Shown here: positions 37,953-50,340 of the stretch, in pieces
Position numbering within the stretch: position 1 is the stretch's first letter
Layout: the number at the start of each line of letters is the position of its first letter
Assembly (NCBI GenBank): GCA_964276515.1
Contig: OZ193910.1
Coordinates: forward strand, 1,550,001 to 1,614,000
Origin: Gordius albopunctatus
Lineage: Eukaryota
Direction: 5' to 3'
Length of the DNA: 64,000 nt
Notes under the pieces: model-generated
The model's input: the letters and a program-made list of their open reading frames with translations, nothing else
Told to the model about the DNA's origin: nothing
Databases searched by the model: none
Position numbers and translations under genes: made by a program

Positions 37953-40900
37953 TTATATTTGGGATTTAAGTTGAAAATTAACCGGGGAATTTTCTAGGCT
38001 GTCATCAAAAAGAGTGAAATTGGAAATTTTCTTTGCAGTAAATCTACAATCATCCGAACGATTGGCTTCAGTAGGTGAGAGAAATAAGTTGAGCCTCCTT
38101 TTGTTCACATTTCTCTCGTTATTGTATTCAGTTTTTTGTTCATCGCGTAGTTCAATCTCCTTTAAAGAACTTGCGTTTAAATATTGATTACTGTTAGTAT
38201 CATACAAATCCGGCCGTTGGACACATTTCTTGCCATTTAAGCTTTCTGAAGTATTTTTATTTCCTTCGATACCATCTAAAAGCTTAGAAGTATTTATTGA
38301 TTGGCCATCGGTTGAATCATTAACTATCTTATTTTGAACAATAGCACTTTTGTTATGATCAAAGTATTTGCCATGAACATTATTCAAAGATATTGATCTT
38401 TCCTGGTCAGAATTCTTTACATTTAAGTTAGACAAATGTGTTACAAGGTTAGTATTGGAAGTGGTTGTTGATTGGCCATCGGTCGAATCATTAACTGTCT
38501 CCTTTTGAATATTATCACTTTTGCTATGACCAAAATATCTACTACGAACACTATTTAAATATATTGATCTTTCCTGGTCTGCATTTTTGGCATCCAATTT
38601 ATATATAAGAGTTACATGGCTTGTATCAAGTACTTTTTCATTCACTATCTCGTTTTTGGGTTTAGAGTCGTTTTCGGTAGGAGTTATCAATTTAGTTTTG
38701 GCTTTTTTGCAGGCCTTGCTATCACTAGTTAATAACGCCTCTAGAAAAGAAGAATATCGTTTTGGAACAACAGAATTCATTTCGCATTTACCATTTTCTT
38801 TACCTATTGATATAAATTATCATATATTTGAATAGTTATTAAACTTTAACTTGGTCGTTTAAAAAAGTAACTCAATTATTTTAGATAATGCTAAATTAAT
38901 ATATAACTCGACTTAAAACTTATGACATATCTTTTAATAAATTGTATAAACTTATACATCTTTGAGGAAAGCTTATGTTAAAAAATAATAAAGGCCCTAG
39001 TTTAACAACAAATAGGTCATACACATCAGAGGTCAGACTTGTTTGGAATTTTATGCCCGAACCCGGCCCGGTTCAATTTTTCAATCTCATTGCCCGCCCG
39101 AAACCTTCTAGGTGTCCGCTCGGGCCCGCCCGAAACATTAGAGCTGCCCGAAAGCCCGGCCCAAAATATTAAATTTGCCTGTTAGGCCCGAAATTTTGCG
39201 ATCTCAAATTCTTTCAAAAACCATTAAAAAAATAAGCATTAAATTAATGGCATATTGAATAAAACAAATATAGAAATATTTTAATATCCCGGACAAAATC
39301 TAATTTCCTATATTATTTAAAAGTCGAATGATTTTTTCAAATAAAAATTTTGAGCTTTAATTTTAATCCTAATAGATCAAAGAAACCTAGTATTTGGCCT
39401 TTCTAAAATATTTGGCCAGAGTTTCTTTAAAATATTGTTATCACCGGCAAAACCGCTGTAGGTCACAATATTTTAATATATTAATTGCTAATGCATTTAG
39501 GTACAAACATGTTAGAACGTTTACAAATCATATAACAGCAAAATATTAATTAAATGCTGCCGATGTCCATGAAAATATTTATATAGCAATTATTTGATTA
39601 AGTTTAAAGTATACATATTTTATAACAAATCTTTCAATAAATAAAATTATACTCCCCCTTTGGGTTTACCCGTTTAAGCCCCTACCCTATAAATAAACTT
39701 TTTAATGAATAAAATTAGTTCAATTAGTCAATCTGTGCTCTTAGAACTTACATTTTTGATAAAGAAAACAATAATATATACTAGAATTTAAATGCAATTT
39801 ATGGAAATTTTTTTTTTTAATTTAAAGCAAAAAAGAAAGGTATAGAAATTTATTATTATAAAAATAAGTAATAGCTTAGCGATAGCAACGAGTGATAAGG
39901 GAATAATAAAGGCGAATTGGGGCAGCTTTGTTAAACCAAATAAGATTAGTTAAAAAAATTAAATGATATTAGAATGAAATTTAACACTTGCATGCATTGT
40001 GTCAATTTGGGCATTATACGCTTCTTTTGTATTATGTATAGAGACGGCACATGTGAATTAAGAACAATGAAAGGGCGTAATAAAATTAACTATTTCAATC
40101 CTTTCCGTGAACGTAGCTAGGGATAGGGACTTGATGGAAATAGAGAGGTTCGGGCAAAAATTATAGAGATAACTTGGGGATGGATGGCGAAATCTTTTAG
40201 CATTTTCATATAATAAAAAAGTAACAAAATAATATATTATCTAAAATATTTCATTAGGTCCTAATTGCCCGAATCCTAACATCGTGCCCACCCGGGGCCG
40301 CCCGAAAATAAAAATTTAGGGCAATCTGGTCTGTGATACACCATGCCATTTTAAATGTTTTGATCAATATTACCATGAACATTGTGTAGAGTGTCTGTTA
40401 TTTTGACGCTTGTCTCTTGAACATTTTTTCCCAAAAAATCGGTAAAGCATTTGGAAAATAAACTTTTAGATCGCGAAAACTTTTCTCGGAATAAATCCAT
40501 ATTTTCACCGTCCTTTGACTGGCTTATGTCCCACAAATCAAAGGCCAATTTATATAAAGTTTTTAAGCCTAACATGAAACTTCTGCCGCTACGCTGGTTT
40601 AGATGACTTTCCTATCATAAAAAATTATTTATAAGAAAAAAAAAATATCAATTTTGTTAGTGAATCTAGAATAAAATTGTTTTACTTTTTATATTTCGAT
40701 TTTTGCAGGTACCCTACACTCATAGTGCACATTTGAAAAGTGTGCAAGCATTGAATTATAGGCATGGTAGTTATTTTACGTTATAGCTTTTGTCACCAAG
40801 TTTTAAATTTATTTTTAAATAGACAGCTATAAACTTACCCGAAATTAACTTTTGAAAATGTGTGGGCTAGTCTAACAATAGGCGGGGAAAATTATATGTC

Positions 40901-43900
40901 AGATAAAATGGATTTAATTTCGCACATACAGTTAGACTGATTTGCCCCATGAAATGGCTCATTTCTTAGACTCTTCTAGGTAGAGTTGTTAAATTGCTAA
41001 ATTGCTTCAAACTCCAGACGCGAGCACGCATACTGGGTTGCTTAATATGCGCGGTAGCACAATGTGTGCTCGCTGTTCGGTGCACTAAGCAGAGCAGTAG
41101 CATATAAAAATGCTCGAGGGCCGAGCAGAAACTCGAGCAGATGGGAGCTGGAGTTGAAGAAAGTTAGCAATATAACAACTCTAGTGATGACGATCTCTCA
41201 GTTATATCTTATAGGTATAACAGAAACACTTACACTTTTCATGTAATCCATTCTATTAAGACAATTTTTGATTCTTTGTTTCAAAGCGTCAGGAAAGGAG
41301 CATTGTTCAAACAACTTTAGACCTAATAAAATAAGTTACGAAAGATGCGTGATGTTAATTTGTATAGGGTATTAAAATTAGCTATGTGTAAGTGGTTTGG
41401 TTTATAAATTTGCACATACCATAATTAGTACCCTTAAAGGAGTTGGGGCTTATTTTATAGGAATACTTTAAACACTTTTCGTTGTTAATTCCTTTTTCAA
41501 AAGATGCATCAAGATGATAACTATTTGAAACAAAAAAATTAAATTATGTTTTTGAAATATAATATTTTGAAGTTAATCATGTCAATGTTGTAAAAATAAT
41601 CTACTTTTGGACCATCGGATATTGATCTTCCAACCGACATAATAATTCCAAGTGCGTAGCAAAATAGGTGTAAGACTAGGAAAATAATTAATTTAGACAC
41701 AATTTAAGTTGTTACCTTCAGTTCTATAAGCTCTTCTGATACCGCATATGATATACCAGCTCCTATGTTTGTGCTTGTTGCTTTAATATATAAATTTTAG
41801 CGCTAGATTATTTTATGACATACCTATTCCAAGTTCGTCTATAAAAATGAGTGATTCAGAGTTGGCATTTTGTAGGATAAATTTTACCCTTTTTAGCTAA
41901 TTTAAAATAATTTTAATTAGTTTTGATATTTTTTAATAAACACAAAATAATTAATTAGCCTCGATTTCAAAATTGTGATAAAATCTATAAATTATACATC
42001 GAGAGGCGATTTTTTTTAATTTAAATCTGAATTTTACGTTTAAATTGTAAAAATATTATTTTTTAATTAAAACCACTCATGATCAGTCATAGAAACTAAA
42101 AAATGCGGCCTAATGTTCAGAGTTAAAAAATATAATATATAAATTTTTATAAATCATGTCAATATAAAAATATCTTTTAAGGTATATGTCCCTTAAAGAA
42201 CACACAATAATTATATTAGATGTAAATGGTTTTCGTTAGCATTACACAATATTGTATATATTTATCAAATTTATTCAGAACTATGTATACTTCAATCATT
42301 TGTGTAGATAAATTATTTTCTAAATCATCTTGACAGCCGAAGAATGAAAGGATTCGATCAAAAATTTTAATTTCAGCATATTGGCAAGGTATGTGACACC
42401 CGATTTGTGACATTATTTGAACCAGTGCTACTTGTTTCAAATAGGTAGTCTTACCTGACTATAATACAATTCGTCATTAAATAAGAAACTTTTAAATAAG
42501 CTTACCATATTAGGTCCAGTTATTACGAGAAAATTGTTCAATCTTGACATTTTCTAAATAATAATATAAAAAAAAAAACAAAACAATAGCGTTCTTGAAT
42601 TAAATTATATTATGTTGCTAAATTTTTGATGCCAAGATCCTCGGTAACACAATGACATTCTAGCTTTATCCGGCAATATTGAAAACAAGATAGATGAAAT
42701 AAGATGTCTATTGAAAACAACCTAGCCTAAAGGTGTAGCCAAAGGGGAAGGGGGCATAGATGGGTAGCTGGCCCCCTCTTAATCCATAAATTCCTTTAAA
42801 TTTCACATAATTAAGGCTTAATTTCAAAAACTTATCATTTTGCCCCTCCTATAATCAATATTGCCCCCCCCCTATCCCAAGCTCTTTTATCCAATCTTCA
42901 AACTCAACCACTATCAACCAAAAACTTTGGTGGCACTTGACACTTGTTTACCAACTAGTACGAGCGTTGACTCAAAATTAATGCTTTTTTCTAGATATTT
43001 AAGGCTTAGTCAAGTCGTCAGGATAAAAAGATCACACATCTAATGAATTACTATGTTATTGGGTTCGTATTGGGACGGCGTATGTTTTTCTAAGATGGGA
43101 TGTCTACTCGCTGCTACAAACACTTTATTGGATATCATCGGTTTCACTGTATGAAACAAAGATTTTATAGGTTTCGGATATTCCTACATTACCTGTATCA
43201 TTAATTGAAGCCCAATGAGCAAAACTTATCATCATATCAATCAATGGTAAAGCTTCTGCAAGTTTGTATAAACAACCGATACTCTCTTTAATTTCTTCAT
43301 ACGCTTCCGTTAATATCCTAAATATCGCTTATCATCTATACCTTCTTCAATCATACTATTACTTTGCGCTCATCCACATAATGTCTTGCACTACTTGATT
43401 GATTCTATCTATCGTAAATTCAAGTTTATTTAGTTCATAACTAGTGTTGTAAAAACGGGTGGGTTTTGTCGATTAACAGACCAAAGGTTTGAGCAAAAAA
43501 GTTTGGTCTATTTATGCGACTAGGTGGTCTGATTTTGTTTATTCGACAAAAAGCCTAAGGGCTTGTCTTAATATCGGATTTTTCTGCGCAGCAAAAATCT
43601 TTGTACGGGTTATAACATAGCCGTGTCTTAACTTGGAATTCACAGCAGCAGATTTACATTTCAGACGCAAAATATAACCGCGATTAATCTCAAGAGTTGA
43701 AATAAACAAAACAAAAAACGATTTTAACTATCAAAAACCAAATATTAATAATTATAACCGAGTTCGACCCATGAGATTGAATCGGATATTTGAAAAAGAT
43801 AAATTCGCGCGATATGAATCTGAATCCAATATTAAGACAAGCCCTATGTCGACCAAACAAAGTCCAGCTGTTTGTACAACATTAATTCATGAGCATACAT

Positions 43901-46900
43901 AAATGTTAGAACAATTATAAATTGCGATGCAACTAATAATATGAACTTACCATTAAGGTTCAGCTAAATTAATAAATAAAAATACACTTTTATTAAGCTA
44001 TATCATAAAAGGGACAAAATAATATATACATGTAGTCTATTTACCCAGTGAACATATTTGGAGTTTACTTGGTTTTACTAGACAACCTCGACTTAAAGAG
44101 GATAATATTAGTATCCCCCCTACCCCCTGAAGTTTTAAAGCCAAGTTCTCAACTGAAGAAATAAATGACAAACATACAAATTATATTTCACGTTTCTCTT
44201 GAGGCGACATATAATTGCGTTAAAAGCATAGACTAATAATGCAATAGACTGACAAACAGTTGATAATCAAGCAAGTAAGAGGTGCATGGTGGGGGATATT
44301 TTGATGCAAAAATCAGCCGTTCGCCAGTCTATTATAGTATTTATCTCAGGTTTTGAACGTTTCGCCGCCACCCCCCACAATCCAAAACCTGGCTACGCCC
44401 ATGCAAAACCACATAATAATTTTAAATAAAATAATTTTAATATCCCCAATAAGAATATTGAGCAAGATCATGATTAACTATGAATGACTAACCAATTCGA
44501 TCGTAGTTAAATTGTATCCTTTATAGCCTCGGGAAATTTTGACAAATTCATTCGGAAATTCCGGTTTAATATCCCCTGTAATCTTGCGAAAATCTTTCTT
44601 ATAATAGAAAAAGCCTCGAGTTTGATTGTAACTAATTTTAAGTCCTAGCTTGTATTTTTGATTTATCTGCAATTCCATCTCTGTAAATTGTTTTATTTTA
44701 TTAGGCAAAGATTAAATATTATAAGGGTTACCTTGGAGCTCCTTTTTTAAATTCCCATATATGCCTCTCGTCACTTCTAATAAGCCTAAAAAGGTTAGAT
44801 TGCCTTTTCATTTTAATTTAAAGCATACTGTAAGGGGGTGCCTAAGATGAAATTTTGTAGTGATCAAATTATATGATAAACTTACTTGGACTGCTACACA
44901 TTTTTGATTCCTTAATTCTTCCGAGTTCTTTATAAATTTATGCCCTATCCTCAATATTTTATCCAATTGAGCTTCTACAGTCCCAAAAGTAGCCTCATCT
45001 AATAACTATAGCGCTACTTGTTTATGTTTTTATGGGAATGTCCTACCTTTTTGAAGACTACGAACATGGGGTTGTGGAATTGATTGAGAAGATATTTAAG
45101 CGATGTAACGCGTTTGAGATTGTGTTTGAGGTCAATGAAAGCCCCTATTTTCCAATCGCAATGTTTTATGTTGCTCTGTGAAAAGGATTAAACTAATACA
45201 TTTCATAATATATGGTATGACTATTAAGGTTTCTAAAGTCTTGTCTCGTCACTTTTGACTTAAGTTTAGCCTGGGATCTTAATCATTGATTGTCAAGAGT
45301 TAGATCTATGGCGATGATGACTGGTCTTAGGTAGAGATCTGGACGGGTGTCCCGAAACCCGACCCCGGTTCGGGTTGAAAACTTTGAAATGTCTTTATGT
45401 CCGGTTCGGGTTGAAAACTAAAAAAATCGGTTCGAGTTTAAAAAAACTGACTTTGTAGTTCTCTAGTTTTACCACCTCTCCCTTCCCTTAATTTACATTG
45501 TTTTTCGAAAAAATTAACAAAAATTTATTATTTAACCCACTTTAAAAATCTTTTTTTTTTTAAATTTAGAATAGGAATTTATATAAGTTGTGTATGAGTT
45601 TACATCCGTTTTGGGCGATTGAGCGCACAGGGCTAAAGCATTTTCGAAGTCGTTGAAGAGATGCATGATAGATTTCAAGTTGTAAAACAAGTTTTCGTTA
45701 GATAGTAATTCTTCTATGCATTCGTATCGAAGCTTTATCGTGTCTACATCCTTGGGCGGCTATCGATGGTAAAATAGTAAATAGCAAATTTTATTATTAA
45801 GGTTAACCAGTTTATTTTTACGAAAACATAGTCACTCAGATAATTTTTGTATCTTTGTTAGAAATCCGTTGACAATAACATGGGAATAGCCAGGGGGGCA
45901 GGGGCTCTAACTCCAAATTTTTGTAGAAATTTATGAAAATTTTGGCTATAATTTCATAAAATGGTCATTTTGCCCTTCCTAAATTATTATTACCCCCCCC
46001 CCTCTAATTCCAATTCTGGCTACGCCTAAAGTGACGGTGTTAAGGATATTAAATCGCTAGCTGAGAATTGGAGTGCTCTATCTGCACTAGAGGTGTGCAC
46101 GGATCAATCCGATCCGATCCGATCCGTCAAAACTCGGATCGGATCGGATTTAGATTTTAAAAAACTAGGATCGGATCGGATGGATATGAAATTTTTCAAA
46201 AACCCCTCGGATCGGATCGGATCAAAAAAATATAATCCATGAACCATCATTTACAATTTTTTGATTTATCACCTTGAGACTTATATACTAGTTTTGGCTA
46301 TATTTTTATATTACTTTTGCTTATCTTCATCCTAAATAGTTTTTATTTATCAATGTTTGACATACGACAATGTGAAAAGGAATTGTAGAGATATTGTTCG
46401 AATTAAAATTTAAAAGCAGACGATTTATTCACGTGATTAAATGAGCGCTTGCGATTGGGTAATTGCAGATAGCGCAAACCAATTTTGAAAAATATTGACA
46501 TTCGCGATTTTAGGGCTTGTCTTAATATCGGATTTTGCTGCGCAGCAAAAATCGTTGTACGGGTTATAACATAACCGTGTCTAAACTTCGAATTCACAGC
46601 AGATTTACATGTCAGACGCATAATATAACAGCGATTAATCTCAAGAGTTGAATAAGTAAAAAAACGGATTTAACTATCAAAAAACTAAATATTAATAATT
46701 ACAATCGAGTTTGACACGTGAAATTGAACCGGATATTTGATAAAGATAAATTCGCGCCTTTTGAATCTGAATCCGATATTAAGACAAGCCCTTAGACAAA
46801 TTAGAACCTTTAATAGCGAAGCCAAATTCGCGCATTTTTTAAAAAGTTTATGATAGAATAGATAAAAATCTATCAAATAGCACTTTTACTTAAAAGATTT

Positions 46901-49748
46901 CAAAAATCGCAGATAGAGCACTCCAATTCTCAGGTAGCGAAATGTTAAGTAACAACATAAAAGCTAAACAGATTAAAAATGCTATTTTTAATGAGTGCTA
47001 TTTTTATTCATTCTCTACTCTACGGTATTGGTTTGTTCACTTGCTAAGTTTTTTTTGTAAATTTGTGATAAATATATATATCTTTATTTTCTTTCATTTG
47101 GCCACAGGTATTTGGGGTCTGTTTTTCTTAGTCGACTTCAAAGCTTGGTCGAAATTTGAAAAGCGGACCAGAGTCAAAACTGACTCCTTTTTACGACACT
47201 AATTACAAGTTACTTGGAGCAGGTTGGCTCTCAGTAGACGGGCCCCGGCCCTGGTACTGGTATAATTGAGACAACCAAACAGCGTTTTGTCACTGTGTTT
47301 CTCCACTAAATTTTCAAGCAATTCCAATTGCTTCACGCTGTAAGTGTCTAAAATGATAAAATTTTAGTCGCTATTATATCGACGTACCTATGAGCATCGT
47401 GTTTTCACTACAAACGTAAGTGATATTCAAAGATTTAGGGGCATACACGATATCCTGAACGCATTCTATGTATTTAAACAAGGCAGCCGTGGCTGATACA
47501 GCGTAATATCTGTTCATAAAAATAAGGTGATTTTTGTTCAAGCAATTGGTTTCGTCATGGGCGTAGCCAGAGGGGGGGGGGGACTGACCCCCTCTAAATC
47601 CAAAAATTTCTTGAAATTTATTAAAAATTAATATCGGATTCAGATTCATATCGCGCCAATTTAACTTTGTCTAAATATCCGTTTCAAAAAACGTTTTTGT
47701 TTCATTCAACTCATTAGATAAAATCTAAGCTTTGCTGATACCTAAAAATTTAAAAACATACATCATTTAAGCTTCGAAAAAATTTTGCATCCTACAAAAG
47801 CGCTGTTATGTTGAGCGTCTGAAATGTGAATCTGCTGCTGTGAATTCGAAGTTAAGACACGGCTATGTTATAACCCGTACAACGATATTAAAACAAGCTC
47901 TAAGTCATTATTGCGCCCCCCCCCCTTAATTCTAATTTTGGCTACGCACATAGGTCTGGGGATTCAATAAATTTATGAAAATTACTTTGATTTAATTTCC
48001 AGTTCCAATTCGTTTGAATCGGGTAGAGATAGATTAGTTATATATTCGGACCCAACGACATCTTTAAAATATTGCCGCTTTATCGTAACTATATTGGTAT
48101 TGGGGAATTCGGTCAAAATTATTTTCATCAATTCTGACATGGCCCCTTTGTCAACTACGGTACTAGGCATTATAATCTAAAAAAACAATTTAGATTTTTT
48201 ACGAATGTTTTAATAGAAACGATCCATAATTTTCTAACTTTATCCTTGCTATAATAAAATATAGGGGGATGCCCAAAATAATTAAAATTTATATTGTGAT
48301 GTATTTGTATGTTTTTGATTAAAAAAGAGGGTTAATTGATATTAAATTATTTGTAGGTTCTTTTTTTGTTTACCCGTTATAAGATATTCTGTAGTATGAT
48401 TAAGTTTGAATTTTTAGATTCATCATAGACAATTTTTCCCCTTTAATAAACAAAGTTTTAAATAATGATATTTAAACAGTAATTTCTTATATCTGTTATA
48501 ATTTTATATGTTAACATGATATTATTAGATGGAATAAGTTATTAAATATGATATCTGCCATTCCCATTACCTGCTTTTTTTTAGAATTTAGAGTAATTTT
48601 AATTTTTTATATTAATTTGGGGTAGATGGGAACTTAGGAGTTAGTAAATATTTTATAACAATTATTGCCTTTATACAAATAATTTGCAGCAAAAATTTAT
48701 AAAAATACCTAGCCCAGTAATATAGAAACATAACTTTTTTTAATTTAATGACCAATAATAAGGTAACTTTTAGGTTATTCTATTTATAAAATAGATTTCA
48801 AAATATACTTCAAGGGGGTATAGGACGTGTAATTTTGCAATCGTTTTGGCATAAGTAGGATTGTCCGGGAATTGAGAAATTATTAAATTAGGTGTTTTTA
48901 AGTTTATACTTGCTAATCCAATTTCTCCTTTGGCATGACCCCTGCCTTCAACTAATGCTAAAAATTTCAATAGATCGAAATATTAAAATTTGCTATTTAT
49001 TATTAAAATAAATTTAAAAAAATAATTAAATAAATATGATTGAATTAATACTAATACCCAATAAAACAGGTTCGTTAAAATTATTAATAGGACCGCTGGT
49101 TATTCCAACTGAAGCAGTTGGGTTTGAAGTTTTAGTAGTCCGCACTGATTCACCTTTGTCTTTGTTTCTATATTTGACAGAGCCACGACGAGGGGTTTTT
49201 GAGTAGGTATCTTTCAAGCGGATAGAGGATAAAAGTTTATTATTAAATGAGGGTTTGCTATCATTTGTCCATCTTTTAACTCCGAGATATTTGATATTGT
49301 TGGATGCATTTGTGCGCGAATTACTGGAACCGTTTTGGGCGCTATTCAATTTGACAAATTTTTTTCTTACAGAATCATAAACGATGGTTGAGGTAGAATT
49401 ATTTGCTCCTTTACTCTCTGGAGGATTAAATGAACTTATATTTTCTCCATCTAATGTGCTATCCTTGCCTAAATGTTTCACATCTAATTGAATAGAACTT
49501 TCATGGATAACGTTTATTTTTGACTGATGATAACTAATTTTTTTCGTGAATTCGCTAACACTATTCTCCATTTGCGTGCGTGGCAATAATCCTTGATTTT
49601 TGGTATCATCACTACGTGTATCAACAGAAATTGACGATGGTAAAAAACTTTTCCTATTTTCTTTAGAATATTTATATAATAAGTCCTGGCTAGTTTGATT
49701 TATCGATTGATTAAATTTAAGAGACGTTTTGTTAAAATACTGAGACAT
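37953..49748 (-). CDS. MSH4: MutS homolog 4 (meiotic MutS-gamma subunit)
   Basis: 24 exons (minus): 49748-49058, 48957-48809, 48176-47986, 47509-47388, 47347-47214, 45759-45604, 45175-45047, 45005-44886, 44841-44829, 44785-44732, 44680-44493, 43963-43951, 43408-43363, 43317-43193, 43146-43052, 42553-42506, 42458-42291, 41896-41824, 41780-41716, 41675-41605, 41520-41420, 41322-41234, 40611-40374, 38803-37953. MSH4-typical [20 protein letters not shown] and YAPKSL; also [19 protein letters not shown], Walker [29 protein letters not shown]. Confidence 0.92.
38286..38630 (-). repeat. Two-copy 171-bp (57-aa) tandem repeat in the last MSH4 exon
   Basis: TATTGATCTTTCCTGGTC occurs at 38391 and 38562; the protein repeats KN(A/S)DQERSI.LN.V...YF.H.KS...Q...VNDSTDGQS. 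Confidence 0.9.
39027..40335. mobile_element. hAT-type non-autonomous element with GCCCG subterminal repeats in the last MSH4 intron
   Basis: Degenerate TIRs CAGAGGTCAGACTTG / CAATCTGGTCTGTG, clusters of GCCCG(A/G) near both ends and degenerate TSD ATACACAT/ATACACCA. Confidence 0.65.
40981..41183 (+). mobile_element. hAT-type MITE (family A) in an MSH4 intron
   Basis: Same TIRs and internal sequence as 26623-26825. Confidence 0.9.
43559..43844. mobile_element. PIF/Harbinger MITE (family B) nested inside a TAGTGTTGTAAAA-ended MITE (43442-43884)
   Basis: Same TIRs as 46513-46791, flanked by TAA/TAT. Host termini are TAGTGTTGTAAAAAC...GTACAACATTA, with related fragments at about 6600-6728, 8035-8163, 13244-13530, 19855-19950 and 60765-60913. 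Confidence 0.8.
46055..46939. mobile_element. TIR element with 4-bp TSD (Sola1-like) containing two nested MITEs
   Basis: 31-bp near-perfect inverted repeats CGCTAGCTGAGAATTGGAGTGCTCTATCTGC / GCAGATAGAGCACTCCAATTCTCAGGTAGCG, flanked by AAAT on both sides. The superfamily is inferred from the AWWT TSD only. Confidence 0.65.
46513..46791. mobile_element. PIF/Harbinger (Tourist-like) MITE (family B)
   Basis: TIR GGGCTTGTCTTAATATCGGATT / AATCCGATATTAAGACAAGCCC with 3-bp TSD TTA. Other copies at 43559-43844, 54242-54529 and a partial one at about 47630-47900. Confidence 0.85.
47556..47952. mobile_element. Representative of an abundant short G/C-run MITE family (CATGGGCGTAGCCAG...GGCTACGCCCATG)
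   Basis: About a dozen decayed copies: about 8318-8453, 9240-9345, 15655-15710, 26886-27035, 29467-29618, 42728-42880, 45879-46028, 47556-47952, 54660-54770, 55452-55565, 59964-60099, 63652-63730. The termini resemble CAGGGGCGTAGCCAG hAT-type MITEs. Confidence 0.7.
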
Positions 49749-50340
49749 TGAGTATTAAAATGTGGAGTAGAAAATTCAAAATAGAAGCAGACGATAACTA
49801 ACGAATTTGTTGTTAAATGCAAATTAATAAATTTAGCAATTTTTTGACTTTTATTATTATAAAAATAAATTACATTTACTATTTTAAAATAAATATTTGC
49901 ATATTTTTTATTATTTTTTTTATTACATAGAATGATATAAGCCACATAATTTATATGATTTTTTTGGAGTAGCTCCCATTTTTTAAACAAATAATTCTAA
50001 GAACTGTAAAAGAGCTCTATATATGTAGTATCTTTCTAAGAAGTTTTTAAATTTATATAGTTTAACCTTTGCGCTTAATTGGAGTCCTTGAAATCTTTAT
50101 TTAGATGATAAATTTACATGAATTGATTAATTTACATATAAAATTTTCGTGTAATATCATTTTTAAATGCTCTGAAGGTTAAAATAATAAAATGTACGTT
50201 GCTTTATATTATTACTCCATAACATAATATGATATATAAAGTTGGCATTTATTACTAAACTTGATATTTTTAAGCATGTCTAGAGCCGCAAAATCCGAAA
50301 CATCTATCTATGTTTACCTTTTAAAAGTATATATTTGAGC

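Noticed and set aside
37953..38780. 275-aa ORF as an independent orphan gene
   Set aside because: It is preceded by an acceptor that joins in frame to the previous MSH4 exon, so it is treated as MSH4's last exon.
40686..40713. Candidate 28-nt extra MSH4 exon
   Set aside because: Its phase would break the frame into the next exon; direct splicing 41234 to 40611 works.
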